Below are positions 9,828-19,413 of a stretch of DNA of 64,000 bases, piece by piece. The notes under the pieces were generated by a model. It ran no database searches. It was not told where the DNA came from and was given only the letters and a program-made list of their open reading frames with translations. This DNA is from a virus. Every line of letters begins with the position of its first letter. Position 1 is the first letter of the stretch. A program made the position numbers and the translations under genes. The stretch lies in IMG/VR virus record IMGVR_UViG_3300013126_000011, one strand, 5' to 3'.

Positions 9828-11756
9828 ATGGCTACAAATACTCGCAATCCGTATAATAATGAGAATGAGCTATTCAAGAGATTAACGAGACTGTTCAGTG
9901 GTCCAATTATCAATCTCAAAGCTCAGACTTATCATGATCTAAAGCGAAAGCAACTTGATAAATACAAGTTCAAGAGTGCTTCAGGAAAGAGTTTCAAGAG
10001 AGCAGAGTACAACCCATTTGAGAGTATTCAGTTAGCACAACTAAGCAATCAAAACAGAACGAGCAGATATATTGATTATGATCAAATGGAGTATGAGCCA
10101 ATTATTGCTTCAGCATTGAATTTGTATATGGACAGCATTACATTTAGTACGGATATGAATGAAATGTTACGTATTCAATGTTCAAATGCTCAAATCAAAA
10201 GCGCATTACATACGTTATTTTATGATATTCTAAATATCGAATTAAATGGTTCCGGTTGGGTGCGAAGTACAATTAAATATGGTGATTTTTTCCTGTATCT
10301 CGATATCGATGAAAAGACTGGTATCCGAAATGCTATAGCTTTGCCAGCGCATGAAATCGAACGCCTTGAGGGCGAAGATCCAACCAATCCTAACTATGTG
10401 CAATATCAATGGAACTCTGGTGGTCTAACGTTTGAATCTTGGCAAATGGCACACTTCAGACTGCTTGGTAATGATAAGATGGCACCGTACGGTACGTCAA
10501 TATTAGAACCCGCACGGCGTATCTGGAGACAATTAAATTTGTTAGAAGATTACATGCTTTCATATCGTATTGTTCGTTCTTCCGGTCGAAGAGTCATTTA
10601 TCTTGATGTTGGACATATTGCTCCAGAAGACGTAGAACAGTACGTATTGAACGTTCAAAATGTAATGAAGAAGAATCAGGTACTAGATCAAACTTCTGGT
10701 CGATTCGATCTCCGTTACAATGCTCACTATGCAGTTGAAAATGATTTCTATGTTCCTATTCACGGTGATTCCAAGACGAGAATTGATGAACTAAACGGTT
10801 CGTCCTATAATGGCGGAATTGATGATGTAAAATATCTGAAAGACAAACTGTTTGCTGCTCTTCAAGTTCCTCAATCGTATTTGTTCAGAGGTGAAGGTGG
10901 CGATGAAGATAAGACCACCCTGGCAACAAAAGATGTAAGATTTGCTCAAACAGTATTGAGACTTCAGAAGAATTTCCTTTCGGAGCTTTATCTGATTGCA
11001 ATTGCTCATCTTTACGTTTTGGGATTCAGAGACAAAGATCTTATCGACTTCAAACTAAGCTTCAACAACCCTTCCAGAATTGCAGAGCTACAAGAACTTG
11101 AATATATGAAGACCAAGTTTGATGTTGGTGCTTCAGCTACAGAAAATATGTTCTCTCGACGTTATGTTGCCAAGAATATTTTTGCATTGTCTGAAGAAGA
11201 GTTTGAACGTAATCAAAGAGAACGTTACTATGATGCTGTACAAGATGCAGCCATTGCAGCTATTTCAGAAGGCGAAGAAGGTGGAATGGGTGGCGGATCT
11301 GGTGGAGATCTCTTTGGTGATATGGGTGGTGAAGGAGATGCAGATATTGACGAACTAACCGATGATGTAATGGGAGATGCGGGAGAAGGTGAAGCTGGAG
11401 GTGGAACAGATGAAGATTCAATGCTTCTTGCTGCACCAGCCAAGAGAGAAGAAACAACCACTCCAAGATCAAATGGCAAGATGTATCGACCAGAAGTTGT
11501 TGATAAGCGTTCAATTGGAGCAAGAGCAAGAAACATGAACGCTCAATGGGGCTCTTCCAGCACCAAGAACACAACTCGTAATGTTTGGAAGGGTTATCCA
11601 GAACTCAAGAGTCTTTCTCGTGGAATCGCTGAGAAGCAAGACACTAGTTATGAACGAGAAGAAACGGATCTTTTGCGAACTAGTGTTCAAACAAGAAGAT
11701 TGGTCGAAGCATTTGAAAAGAGAACAAAGAAGAATGAGAACGAAACAGCACAATAA
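9828..11756 (+). CDS. portal protein (gp20-like)
   Basis: YGDFF, YGTSILEPARRIWRQL.LLED...YRIVR, DDVKY...LF.AL.VP, DVRFA; Gly/acidic C-terminal tail. Confidence 0.93.
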   Translation: MATNTRNPYNNENELFKRLTRLFSGPIINLKAQTYHDLKRKQLDKYKFKSASGKSFKRAEYNPFESIQLAQLSNQNRTSRYIDYDQMEYEPIIASALNLYMDSITFSTDMNEMLRIQCSNAQIKSALHTLFYDILNIELNGSGWVRSTIKYGDFFLYLDIDEKTGIRNAIALPAHEIERLEGEDPTNPNYVQYQWNSGGLTFESWQMAHFRLLGNDKMAPYGTSILEPARRIWRQLNLLEDYMLSYRIVRSSGRRVIYLDVGHIAPEDVEQYVLNVQNVMKKNQVLDQTSGRFDLRYNAHYAVENDFYVPIHGDSKTRIDELNGSSYNGGIDDVKYLKDKLFAALQVPQSYLFRGEGGDEDKTTLATKDVRFAQTVLRLQKNFLSELYLIAIAHLYVLGFRDKDLIDFKLSFNNPSRIAELQELEYMKTKFDVGASATENMFSRRYVAKNIFALSEEEFERNQRERYYDAVQDAAIAAISEGEEGGMGGGSGGDLFGDMGGEGDADIDELTDDVMGDAGEGEAGGGTDEDSMLLAAPAKREETTTPRSNGKMYRPEVVDKRSIGARARNMNAQWGSSSTKNTTRNVWKGYPELKSLSRGIAEKQDTSYEREETDLLRTSVQTRRLVEAFEKRTKKNENETAQ

Positions 11757-12564
11757 GAAACGAAATACAGCCTTTCTATTTGAGGTTCTTGTTCGTGAAT
11801 ATACTAAGGCAGCGATGAACAAGGACGAGAGCTATAGAAAAGATCTGCTAAAGATCATTCAAGAGTCATTCAATAAGAAGACTTTGCTTGGACAAGAGCT
11901 TTATCTATATCGTCTACTATCAAAAGAGACTGGTGTATCTCGTAGGATTGCCGAGAAGTTTCTTGCTGAAGCCAAGCGTGTACGAGGCTTATTGAATCCT
12001 GGCATGCTTTATGCAGAACAATCGAAATTGCTTGCTGATATTCATGATCTTGAGACAAAAAAGAACAGTAGAATCATGGACAATTTTGTTCCAAACTACA
12101 AGAACTTAGCAACGATTGCTCAGATTTTTGGTAGAGCGCCAGTCATGACAGTAAAATCAAGGATTGTGCTGGAAGAAGCCGTAATTAAGACGATGACACA
12201 AAGCGAGAGAGTTTTGGAAGAATCGATTCTTGAGCCAGTTGATTCGTTGACATACAAGACGTTCTCAAAGAAATTTGAAGACACCTATGCTCCAAAGCTG
12301 CTCTCAGAACAAAAGCAACTATTGAACAAGCTGATCTTTTCGTTCACTGATAATGGAGTTGGATTCAAGGCTTATCTTAATGAAGAACTAGGAAGATTGA
12401 AGAACGCTTTGACTGCTGCGTTCAATGAAGAGAAAGACTCAGCAATGCTTGAGAATGCAAACAAAGTAACAAAGCTTGTTGAATCGTTTGCCAAGAAACC
12501 AATTGATGAAGAGATGTTGACAACTGTAATGCAAATTCAGGAGTTGGTTAAGGAGTTAGCGTAA
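11734..12564 (+). CDS. hypothetical head-module protein (possible prohead core)
   Basis: ATG 11734 (MRTKQHNKKRNTAFLFE), helical, follows the portal; the track start at 11581 overlaps the portal too far. Confidence 0.7.
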   Translation: MRTKQHNKKRNTAFLFEVLVREYTKAAMNKDESYRKDLLKIIQESFNKKTLLGQELYLYRLLSKETGVSRRIAEKFLAEAKRVRGLLNPGMLYAEQSKLLADIHDLETKKNSRIMDNFVPNYKNLATIAQIFGRAPVMTVKSRIVLEEAVIKTMTQSERVLEESILEPVDSLTYKTFSKKFEDTYAPKLLSEQKQLLNKLIFSFTDNGVGFKAYLNEELGRLKNALTAAFNEEKDSAMLENANKVTKLVESFAKKPIDEEMLTTVMQIQELVKELA

Positions 12565-12642
12565 TTGGCAATTTCCGACACAAAGCTAAGAAATTATATT
12601 GTGAAGGTTCTCTTGGAATTAACGAAGGATTTGGAACACTAA
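12565..12642 (+). CDS. 25-aa micro-ORF consisting essentially of the amphipathic tag
   Basis: AAGGAG Shine-Dalgarno at 12550-55, TTG start, MAISDTKLRNYIVKVLLELTKDLEH, TAATG coupling to the next gene. Confidence 0.5.
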   Translation: MAISDTKLRNYIVKVLLELTKDLEH

Positions 12643-13193
12643 TGCCAGCAACCATTCAAATAAGAGTCGGCAATAACAACAATGCCGAAGAACAAAAACC
12701 TGAAGTTGCACCATTGACGATTAAGCTCAATGCTCGAAAGACAATGGATGGCAATATTATGGTAAATGATCATACAGACGTTTATATCATGTTGATGCCA
12801 TCACAAAAGAAGGTTTTGACGTTCGCCAAAGAAGAATTCGGAGATCATGTTTACGACACACAGAATCGCTTGTTCAAATTCTTGACAGCGAAGGGTGTTA
12901 TTCTTCCAGATTCGATTCATGCGGGAAATATCTATAGTTCAATGGAAGCAACATATCCAGAATCATCAAAAGATTATGATCCTGCAAAGATGGTCTTGTT
13001 CATGATTGCCAAGTGGATTGAGGAAGAAAAACCCTATCTATCTTGGGGGCAATCATTAGAAGATGCTCAAGAAGAACAATTGCTTGAGCCTGATGCAGAG
13101 AATAGTACGGAATTGGGTGAGGTGCCACAAAAGGAACGAAAGGGTTCCATCAATGCATATACGTCAATGGGGCGTTATATGTACGGGATTTAA
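12642..13193 (+). CDS. hypothetical head-module protein
   Basis: 183-aa ORF between portal and protease. Confidence 0.7.
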   Translation: MPATIQIRVGNNNNAEEQKPEVAPLTIKLNARKTMDGNIMVNDHTDVYIMLMPSQKKVLTFAKEEFGDHVYDTQNRLFKFLTAKGVILPDSIHAGNIYSSMEATYPESSKDYDPAKMVLFMIAKWIEEEKPYLSWGQSLEDAQEEQLLEPDAENSTELGEVPQKERKGSINAYTSMGRYMYGI

Positions 13194-13207
13194 GGAGATA
13201 ACGATAG

Positions 13208-13915
13208 ATGATTAACGAACAGCAAAAAAGAGCAATTTTAGAGCCAGAGCAAGTATTCAATCCCGTTCCGTCTTTGCAAGAGCGCGTTGTTGTATTGGAA
13301 ACGGAAGAGGAAACAGCCGATCAAAAGGCGGCTTTGAATGCTGCCAATAGTCCTGATGCAGAAAATCCATTTGTGACAATTGAAGATTTAAATGGAATCA
13401 CTGGAAGCGCAGGCGATGTAAACTTGTTATTAGAGAATTTGATTTCATTATATACGTATCATAATATAGATGCCATTTCTTCTGGTTCTGCATTTGAGCT
13501 AGCAATTTTAAAAGATGGAAATTGGGGCTTCGTATCAGATTTTAACGAAGACTATAGTTTTATGTTTGTGTATGAGACTGGTTCTTCAGCGTCAATTCCG
13601 GTATATACTAGTAGTTTAGCTTTAATGGCTACTGATGTTTACATTAGAAACGCTGACGATACGTTCATATTTAATAATGATTCGTTTACCTTTTCTACTA
13701 TTCCGGTTTATTTGTCGGATGGTAGATGTATTGAAGTTGCAAAGGATCTTGATTGCACTGGCTCGTCTGAACAATTTTCAAAAGTCTATATAACAAGTCC
13801 AAATTGGGAAACGTTTACGTTATCTACGCTCTTGGCGAATATTCCGACAGCTGAAAATAAGAGAATTTATACGAACAACAGTATTTCTTTGGGATTTGAA
13901 CGAACTGTAGTTTAG
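13208..13915 (+). CDS. putative virion structural or decoration protein
   Basis: AAGGAG Shine-Dalgarno; short N-terminal coiled coil followed by a Ser/Thr-rich beta region. Confidence 0.55.
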   Translation: MINEQQKRAILEPEQVFNPVPSLQERVVVLETEEETADQKAALNAANSPDAENPFVTIEDLNGITGSAGDVNLLLENLISLYTYHNIDAISSGSAFELAILKDGNWGFVSDFNEDYSFMFVYETGSSASIPVYTSSLALMATDVYIRNADDTFIFNNDSFTFSTIPVYLSDGRCIEVAKDLDCTGSSEQFSKVYITSPNWETFTLSTLLANIPTAENKRIYTNNSISLGFERTVV

Positions 13916-13927
13916 TGGAGTTCTTAT

Positions 13928-14149
13928 ATGAAGCTGGCAGAATTAATTCTTAAGAAGATGATTCGCGAAGCAGTTGAGGATGTCAAGAAAGATAGCGATC
14001 AAAAAGACTCTTGGCAGGCAATGAACGCGCTTGAATTATCAGAATATATGCAGGCTTTGAGAGCTAGGGTGCGATCTGAAGTGCAAGAGATTGAGCGGAT
14101 AAATCAACGTTTGCGAAAGTTAGGATATACAATTGATGGAAAACATTAA
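13928..14149 (+). CDS. small protein with amphipathic tag
   Basis: GGAG Shine-Dalgarno; MKLAELILKKMIREAVE. Confidence 0.65.
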   Translation: MKLAELILKKMIREAVEDVKKDSDQKDSWQAMNALELSEYMQALRARVRSEVQEIERINQRLRKLGYTIDGKH

Positions 14150-15866
14150 AAGCCAGATAACAGATCAAGTAGCTGGCAAGTTTCTTCTGACAGAGTGGTT
14201 TGGTCTTTGTCCTGGCGGCGTTTGCCAAGATTTACTAACTGAAGCCGAGAAGCTTGATATCAAAAACAATAAAGCTGTTTATCTTACTGGCATTATGCAA
14301 AGAGCAGATGCCAAGAATGGTAATGGTCGAGTATATCCATATGAAACACTTAAGCGAGAGATGGACGTTTATCAGAAAATGATCAATGAACATCGAGCGT
14401 TAGGTGAGTGTGTTGATGGGGAAACAGAGTGCTTGACGAAGGATGGCTGGAAATCGATTGTTGACGTTAAAGAAAATGAAGAAATTTATACATTTAATGT
14501 CGACACGGAAGAAATGCAACTTCAGCCAGTCTTAATCAAGACTGAACGACTGCATCAAGGAAAAATGATTCATATTCATAACAAGAACAAGATTGATATG
14601 TTGCTCACTCCAGAGCATAAAATGATTTTGTGGGATCGATACGATAAGTCGTTTGAAATCACTGCTGGAGAGTTTGCTGAGAATTTCGAGACAGATTCGG
14701 GACTTCAACATTCATATTTTAGACGTGGCGGCATGAAGTGGAATGGAAAGCAAGCTGACACTGTTACAATTGGTTCTCATACGTATGATGCTGATCTTTG
14801 GGCAGCTTTTCTTGGTATTTATTTAGCAGAGGGTTTTACTTCTTATGACAAGAAAAATTGGGCAGAAGGTTGGAGAGTTTTTGTAGTTCAAACAAAAGAA
14901 GACACCAAAAATGAAATTCGAAAATTATTTAATGCATTATTCGCTAGCGAGAGAATTTATGAGACTACAAATAAAATTTCCAATAAGACTTCTTTTTCTG
15001 TTGTAAACAAAGACGTATTCGATTATGTAAGACCATTGGGGAAATCGTGGGAGAAATACATTCCAGAGGAAGTTAAAGAATGGGACGTTCGTAGACTTGA
15101 AATTTTGCTCGAATGGATGCTTAAGGGCGATGGCAGAAATCGACACAACAAAAAAGGCGAATTGATGAGGGAGTTGCACACAACTTCTTATCGATTAGCA
15201 AATGATGTGTCTGAAATCTTTCTGAAATTGGGTAGTGGTTCTGTAATGTCCGAGAGAACACAAAAAGATCGGATGATTGAGGGTAGGTTGATTGAAACCA
15301 AGAATTGTAGAAAATTGTACATTTCGTCTGAAAGTGTTACAAATCGTTCTTATTTTTATAAGAAATTTTTGAATATTAACGAAGTGGAATATGACGATAA
15401 TGTATACTGTGTAACGGTTGAGAACAAAACTTGGATTGCTCGTAAAAATGGTAGAATATTTATTACCCATAATTGTGATCACCCGACCTCAGAATTAGTC
15501 GAATTAAAAAATGCTTCTCATATGATCACAAGAACTTGGTGGAACGGAAAGGACGTTATGGGGACGCTTAAAGTGCTTTCCACGCCTTCCGGTAAAATTC
15601 TGGAAGCATTAGTGCGTGATGGCGTTCAGGTTGGAATCTCTTCCAGAGGTCTTGGAACGCTAACAGAAACCAGTGAAGGTTTGATGGTTGAAGATGATTT
15701 TGAGCTTGTTTGTTTTGATATTGTATCGGAACCATCAACTACCGGAGCTTTCATGAAGCCGACAATGTTGCATGAATCAAAAGTTCGTTTTAGCGACGTA
15801 TATACAAAAGCAGATCGAATTAATCGAATGATGATCAAAATTTTGAACGGAGTAAACAATAAATGA
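14133..15866 (+). CDS. prohead core protease (gp21-like), intein-containing
   Basis: GIMQRAD.KNGNGRVYP, ALGE[intein]CDHP, ASH, TPSG, GISSRGLG (catalytic Ser region), FDIVSEPST.GA. Confidence 0.93.
   Translation: MMENIKSQITDQVAGKFLLTEWFGLCPGGVCQDLLTEAEKLDIKNNKAVYLTGIMQRADAKNGNGRVYPYETLKREMDVYQKMINEHRALGECVDGETECLTKDGWKSIVDVKENEEIYTFNVDTEEMQLQPVLIKTERLHQGKMIHIHNKNKIDMLLTPEHKMILWDRYDKSFEITAGEFAENFETDSGLQHSYFRRGGMKWNGKQADTVTIGSHTYDADLWAAFLGIYLAEGFTSYDKKNWAEGWRVFVVQTKEDTKNEIRKLFNALFASERIYETTNKISNKTSFSVVNKDVFDYVRPLGKSWEKYIPEEVKEWDVRRLEILLEWMLKGDGRNRHNKKGELMRELHTTSYRLANDVSEIFLKLGSGSVMSERTQKDRMIEGRLIETKNCRKLYISSESVTNRSYFYKKFLNINEVEYDDNVYCVTVENKTWIARKNGRIFITHNCDHPTSELVELKNASHMITRTWWNGKDVMGTLKVLSTPSGKILEALVRDGVQVGISSRGLGTLTETSEGLMVEDDFELVCFDIVSEPSTTGAFMKPTMLHESKVRFSDVYTKADRINRMMIKILNGVNNK
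14409..15473 (+). mobile_element. intein (355 aa) with LAGLIDADG homing endonuclease in the prohead protease
   Basis: GE|CVDGETECLT...TPEH...FLGIYLAEG...EWMLKGDG...VYCVTV...ITHN|CDHP. Confidence 0.92.
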
Positions 15867-16171
15867 AATTAACTGAATCTCAATTAAAGCAAATTATTAG
15901 AGAGATCATCAAGGAAACTTGGAGAGATTTTCCATCTGACACTTATGCTAGCTCTGGCAACGGGCATTCTGTTAATAGAGAAGTAGATTGGCTTAAAAAT
16001 CAGCAAGATGCTAGTGCAAATGATGTTTCGTCTTGGCAAATCGTATCTTATGGAAAAAAGGTAGCCAAAGTGAATGCGTCGAACGAACGACAGGCTTTGC
16101 AAAAGTTCTTCGTGCAAAACAAGATCGATTTTAAAAATCAAAAACTATATGACGTGGTGCCAGCATCATGA
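15863..16171 (+). CDS. small protein with amphipathic tag
   Basis: MKLTESQLKQIIREIIKE. Confidence 0.7.
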   Translation: MKLTESQLKQIIREIIKETWRDFPSDTYASSGNGHSVNREVDWLKNQQDASANDVSSWQIVSYGKKVAKVNASNERQALQKFFVQNKIDFKNQKLYDVVPAS

Positions 16172-16719
16172 AATTAACTGAAGCAGTATTAAAGAAAATC
16201 ATCCTTAAAGAGATTGCCGATCTTGATCTGCCTTTTGTAAATGAAGATGAGACAGTTCCGAATCCACAAATTGAACAGTGCATTGAAACATTGACTGATA
16301 CTTTGATCGATACATATGTTTCTCAGCATTCTGATTATCCAGGTGAATATGAGCATGAATCATTATCTGACAAGATTGAGCAGATTGTTCGCTCGCATGT
16401 TCAAGAAGCAATTCGACAAGTACAAGACTTTGCAAAGCATCATGGACCAAAAGAGTTTGCATTGGAGGAAGGATTTTTGGGATTTGGAAAGAAAGATCCG
16501 GCAGATAAGCTGCTGAAAGACCCTGGATTTAGAGCCGCTTGTCACAGTTTTAGACAGTCGCCTCCGGGTGAATTGGGAATGATTAGTCGAAAGATGCGAA
16601 TTGTAGCGGCACAAGTTTTATCTGATCAGGATATTGCTTTTACATCTGATGGCGAAGACGGCTTGGACATATTGGTGACTAAAGCCTATCAGCGATATGT
16701 TCGAGAAAATTCAATCTAA
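16168..16719 (+). CDS. hypothetical protein with amphipathic tag
   Basis: MKLTEAVLKKIILKEI; first 15 nt identical to those of the 15863 gene; internal LEEGFLGFGKK. Confidence 0.7.
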   Translation: MKLTEAVLKKIILKEIADLDLPFVNEDETVPNPQIEQCIETLTDTLIDTYVSQHSDYPGEYEHESLSDKIEQIVRSHVQEAIRQVQDFAKHHGPKEFALEEGFLGFGKKDPADKLLKDPGFRAACHSFRQSPPGELGMISRKMRIVAAQVLSDQDIAFTSDGEDGLDILVTKAYQRYVRENSI

Positions 16720-16735
16720 GAGAAACGAGGAAGAA

Positions 16736-17266
16736 ATGGATCGCAATAAATTAAAGGCACTTTTGAAGCCATTAATCAAGGAAGCGTTAAAAGAATGCAT
16801 TCTTGAAGAAGGTGTAATTTCAACGATTATTCGAGAGTCAATGAGTTTGACTGTCAATGATGTTGCCCCTCGTCAAGTTGTCAGAGAACAGAGAGCAAAG
16901 CCTTCTTCTGGAAAGAACAAGTTTGCGGAAGCATATGAAAGTCATTCTCTTGGAGAAGACGATCCTTCGGAAAATAGTGAAGTAGATGATGACGCTTTGA
17001 TTGCCAAGCAAGAAGAGATTGCAGCTTCCAGAAGAAGAATCGCTGAATCTCTTCGAAGTAGAATTGGTGCAGACATATTCGAAGGAACAGAAGCAATTGG
17101 CGGCGATCCAATGCAAGAACTAGCTGCTGGTAATAATCCTGGCGTTGCTGCCGCAAAGGGTCCATTGGCTGATGTAGATCCAAATGACGAAGGAGTCAAT
17201 TTAGGTCTAATTACAGAGATTGCCGGTGGCAGAAAAAACTGGAAGCAAGTAATGGAGAGAGTATAA
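16736..17266 (+). CDS. hypothetical head-module protein
   Basis: GAGG Shine-Dalgarno then ATG 16736; MDRNKLKALLKPLIKEALKE. Confidence 0.7.
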   Translation: MDRNKLKALLKPLIKEALKECILEEGVISTIIRESMSLTVNDVAPRQVVREQRAKPSSGKNKFAEAYESHSLGEDDPSENSEVDDDALIAKQEEIAASRRRIAESLRSRIGADIFEGTEAIGGDPMQELAAGNNPGVAAAKGPLADVDPNDEGVNLGLITEIAGGRKNWKQVMERV

Positions 17267-17634
17267 TGAGTGATATTTATCAACCAAAGAACGGCTTAGG
17301 AAACGTAGGAAGTTATCAGGTTTCTGGAATTCCTTTTGCCTCTAGTTCGATTGCATGTACAAGTGGATCGATTACAGAAATTGATTTTCCAAAAGTAACC
17401 AGATTTGTTTGTGTGCGTTGTGATTCTGGTTCTCTTGATGTAGGTTTTTCCGAGAACGGAATGAGCAATGGAAACTATTTCAGTTTAGCTACTTCTGAAA
17501 GCTTTACGGGAGATTGGCGAATTGTAAGGCTTTATCTCGGAGGTGATGCAGAGGCTACTGTAATCGCTGGTATGGCAAACATTGAAGCAGAGATGCTCAA
17601 TGATAACTGGTCAGGAACAGTAGGAGTCGGTTAA
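17266..17634 (+). CDS. small beta-rich virion protein (possible head decoration)
   Basis: GLGNVGSYQVSGIPF, FPKVTRFV, Gly/Ser-rich; lies in the head module. Confidence 0.6.
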   Translation: MSDIYQPKNGLGNVGSYQVSGIPFASSSIACTSGSITEIDFPKVTRFVCVRCDSGSLDVGFSENGMSNGNYFSLATSESFTGDWRIVRLYLGGDAEATVIAGMANIEAEMLNDNWSGTVGVG

Positions 17635-17637
17635 TAA

Positions 17638-17907
17638 ATGCAGAACTTGATTGTTGAGTATGCGACAGGAAGCGATGAAAAAGAGAATGTTGTGTTGCAA
17701 AATAAAATGAAAATTGTGCAAGAAGAGTATCGCTTTGTGCATGTGTGTGAAGTCCCTCTTGATAATGTTGCCCTCTTCAGAGAAAAGCATGGTATTTTAG
17801 ATGAGGCTCCCTGTACTCTTTTCTGGAAAGAGGGACAGGTTATTCTTTCGATTATTGGTGTACCGACAATGAAATATTTGCTGGATGAAGTAGAAAAGCA
17901 CTATTAA
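17638..17907 (+). CDS. thioredoxin-fold-like protein lacking CxxC
   Basis: HGI..APCTLFWKEG.V....IG resembles the thioredoxin C-terminal half. Confidence 0.4.
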   Translation: MQNLIVEYATGSDEKENVVLQNKMKIVQEEYRFVHVCEVPLDNVALFREKHGILDEAPCTLFWKEGQVILSIIGVPTMKYLLDEVEKHY

Positions 17908-17910
17908 AAT

Positions 17911-19161
17911 ATGTCAAATTTTCTCAAAGGTGGCAAAGGCGATAAGCTTTCCAAAAAGGACGTTGATCCTGTTCAATTAAAGATGGGAATCAAGGTCGAA
18001 ATGGAGCATGCGTCCGACCCTAGAAAAGCTGCTGAAATTGCGCTCGATCACCTTTCGGAAGATCCAAAGTACTATAGCAAGTTAAAGGCTGCTGGATTGG
18101 CTGATGAACTTGATGAATCTAGTCAAGCTTCACAAGATTTAGAAAAGATTTCCATTCAATATAAACCAAATTTTTCTCCTTTTAAAACGTTAAAGTTTGT
18201 ACGTTGTGGTGGAAAAAATTTCAAGAAAAATGCTTATTATAGAAGTTCGAAAAATACCGGTCATCAACCGCCAGAAATGCATGGTTTTTATGCTTTTCCG
18301 GAAAATTATGTTGAACGATTTTTGGTTGTTAATCCTGGCGATTGTGGAGTATTTAATTATTCTGGTTTGTTGTGGACATATTTGACTGTTGCGTTACCAA
18401 AGGATGCAAAAATTTATGATAGAAAAAATGGTTGGGTATTAGTCAGTACTGATACATATGAGAAAATTCTAACAAAGTACAATGCATTAAAAAATGTTGA
18501 TGCGGCGAAAAATTATACGGATTACGGAAAGAAAACAAAGACAGATCCTTCTAGGAGAAGTGGGCATAGAATATTCAGTAAGGACAATTACGAAGTATTC
18601 ATTCCCGAGAAGAACTTTCATCGCAGATCTGAATTAAGCGAAGAGAACAATAGTCACGTCACTTTTATAGAAGCGACCAAACAAGATCTTCCAGGGCTTA
18701 TGAAAGTTGATCACGAAGTTTTTGAGTTTCCGTATTCTCAAAACACGTGGAACAAATTTTTTATCGATACAAAAAAACACGTCGTCATGAAGATGGTTGA
18801 TGGAGACAATATCTGTGGTTTTATGATTATGGACAAATATCCAGAGCATCTTCTCTTCAATAAGATGGGAATCGATAAGGCTCATCGAAGGCAAGGTCTT
18901 GGTGAACGAGCAATGTACTATGTTGATGATTATGCTCGAAAGAGTGGATATGACACAGTTCTTGGGCATGTACGACACAACAATATTGCTTCGTTGGCAA
19001 TGCACAAAAAGACTGGTTCAGACTGTCAAGAAACAGACGGAACATATCAAAACGGCGATAAAGTGATTCGGTGTGTGCGAAATCTAAAGAAAAAGAATAA
19101 TCAGCTTTCAGAAATGATTCTTGAAGCGGTTAATGTAGCGTTAAACAAATTTTCTAGGTAG
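17911..19161 (+). CDS. three-domain protein: DUF5661-like domain, unknown domain, GNAT acetyltransferase
   Basis: QLKMGIKVEMEH...IALDHLSEDPKYYSKL; C-terminal GIDKAHRRQGLG acetyl-CoA motif and HVRHNNIASLAMH. Confidence 0.75.
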   Translation: MSNFLKGGKGDKLSKKDVDPVQLKMGIKVEMEHASDPRKAAEIALDHLSEDPKYYSKLKAAGLADELDESSQASQDLEKISIQYKPNFSPFKTLKFVRCGGKNFKKNAYYRSSKNTGHQPPEMHGFYAFPENYVERFLVVNPGDCGVFNYSGLLWTYLTVALPKDAKIYDRKNGWVLVSTDTYEKILTKYNALKNVDAAKNYTDYGKKTKTDPSRRSGHRIFSKDNYEVFIPEKNFHRRSELSEENNSHVTFIEATKQDLPGLMKVDHEVFEFPYSQNTWNKFFIDTKKHVVMKMVDGDNICGFMIMDKYPEHLLFNKMGIDKAHRRQGLGERAMYYVDDYARKSGYDTVLGHVRHNNIASLAMHKKTGSDCQETDGTYQNGDKVIRCVRNLKKKNNQLSEMILEAVNVALNKFSR

Positions 19162-19168
19162 GTGATAA

Positions 19169-19396
19169 ATGCGTCCAGTTAATGTGCATGTAGAACGTCG
19201 ACCAGATGAACCCATTGAGACTATGCTCAAGCGCTTTACGAGATTGGTTAAGAAAAACGAGATCTTAGATGAAGTAAGAGAGCGTATGTTTTATGTGAAG
19301 CCTTCAAAGCTTAAGCATCAACATGACTGTCATATTAAGCATGTATTCAGAATGCAGAAGCTTCAGAAGCAAGAGGAAGATAAGGCTCGCAAGTAA
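19169..19396 (+). CDS. rpsU: ribosomal protein bS21
   Basis: V.V....EPIE.MLKRF.R.VKK..IL.E.RER.FYVKPS is the bS21 signature; 75 aa, basic. Confidence 0.88.
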   Translation: MRPVNVHVERRPDEPIETMLKRFTRLVKKNEILDEVRERMFYVKPSKLKHQHDCHIKHVFRMQKLQKQEEDKARK

Positions 19397-19413
19397 CTTG
19401 CTGAATATTCACA

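Noticed and set aside
11270-11420. GGT/GGA/GAT-rich low-complexity stretch as a DNA repeat
   Set aside because: Explained by the Gly/Asp/Glu-rich disordered portal tail.
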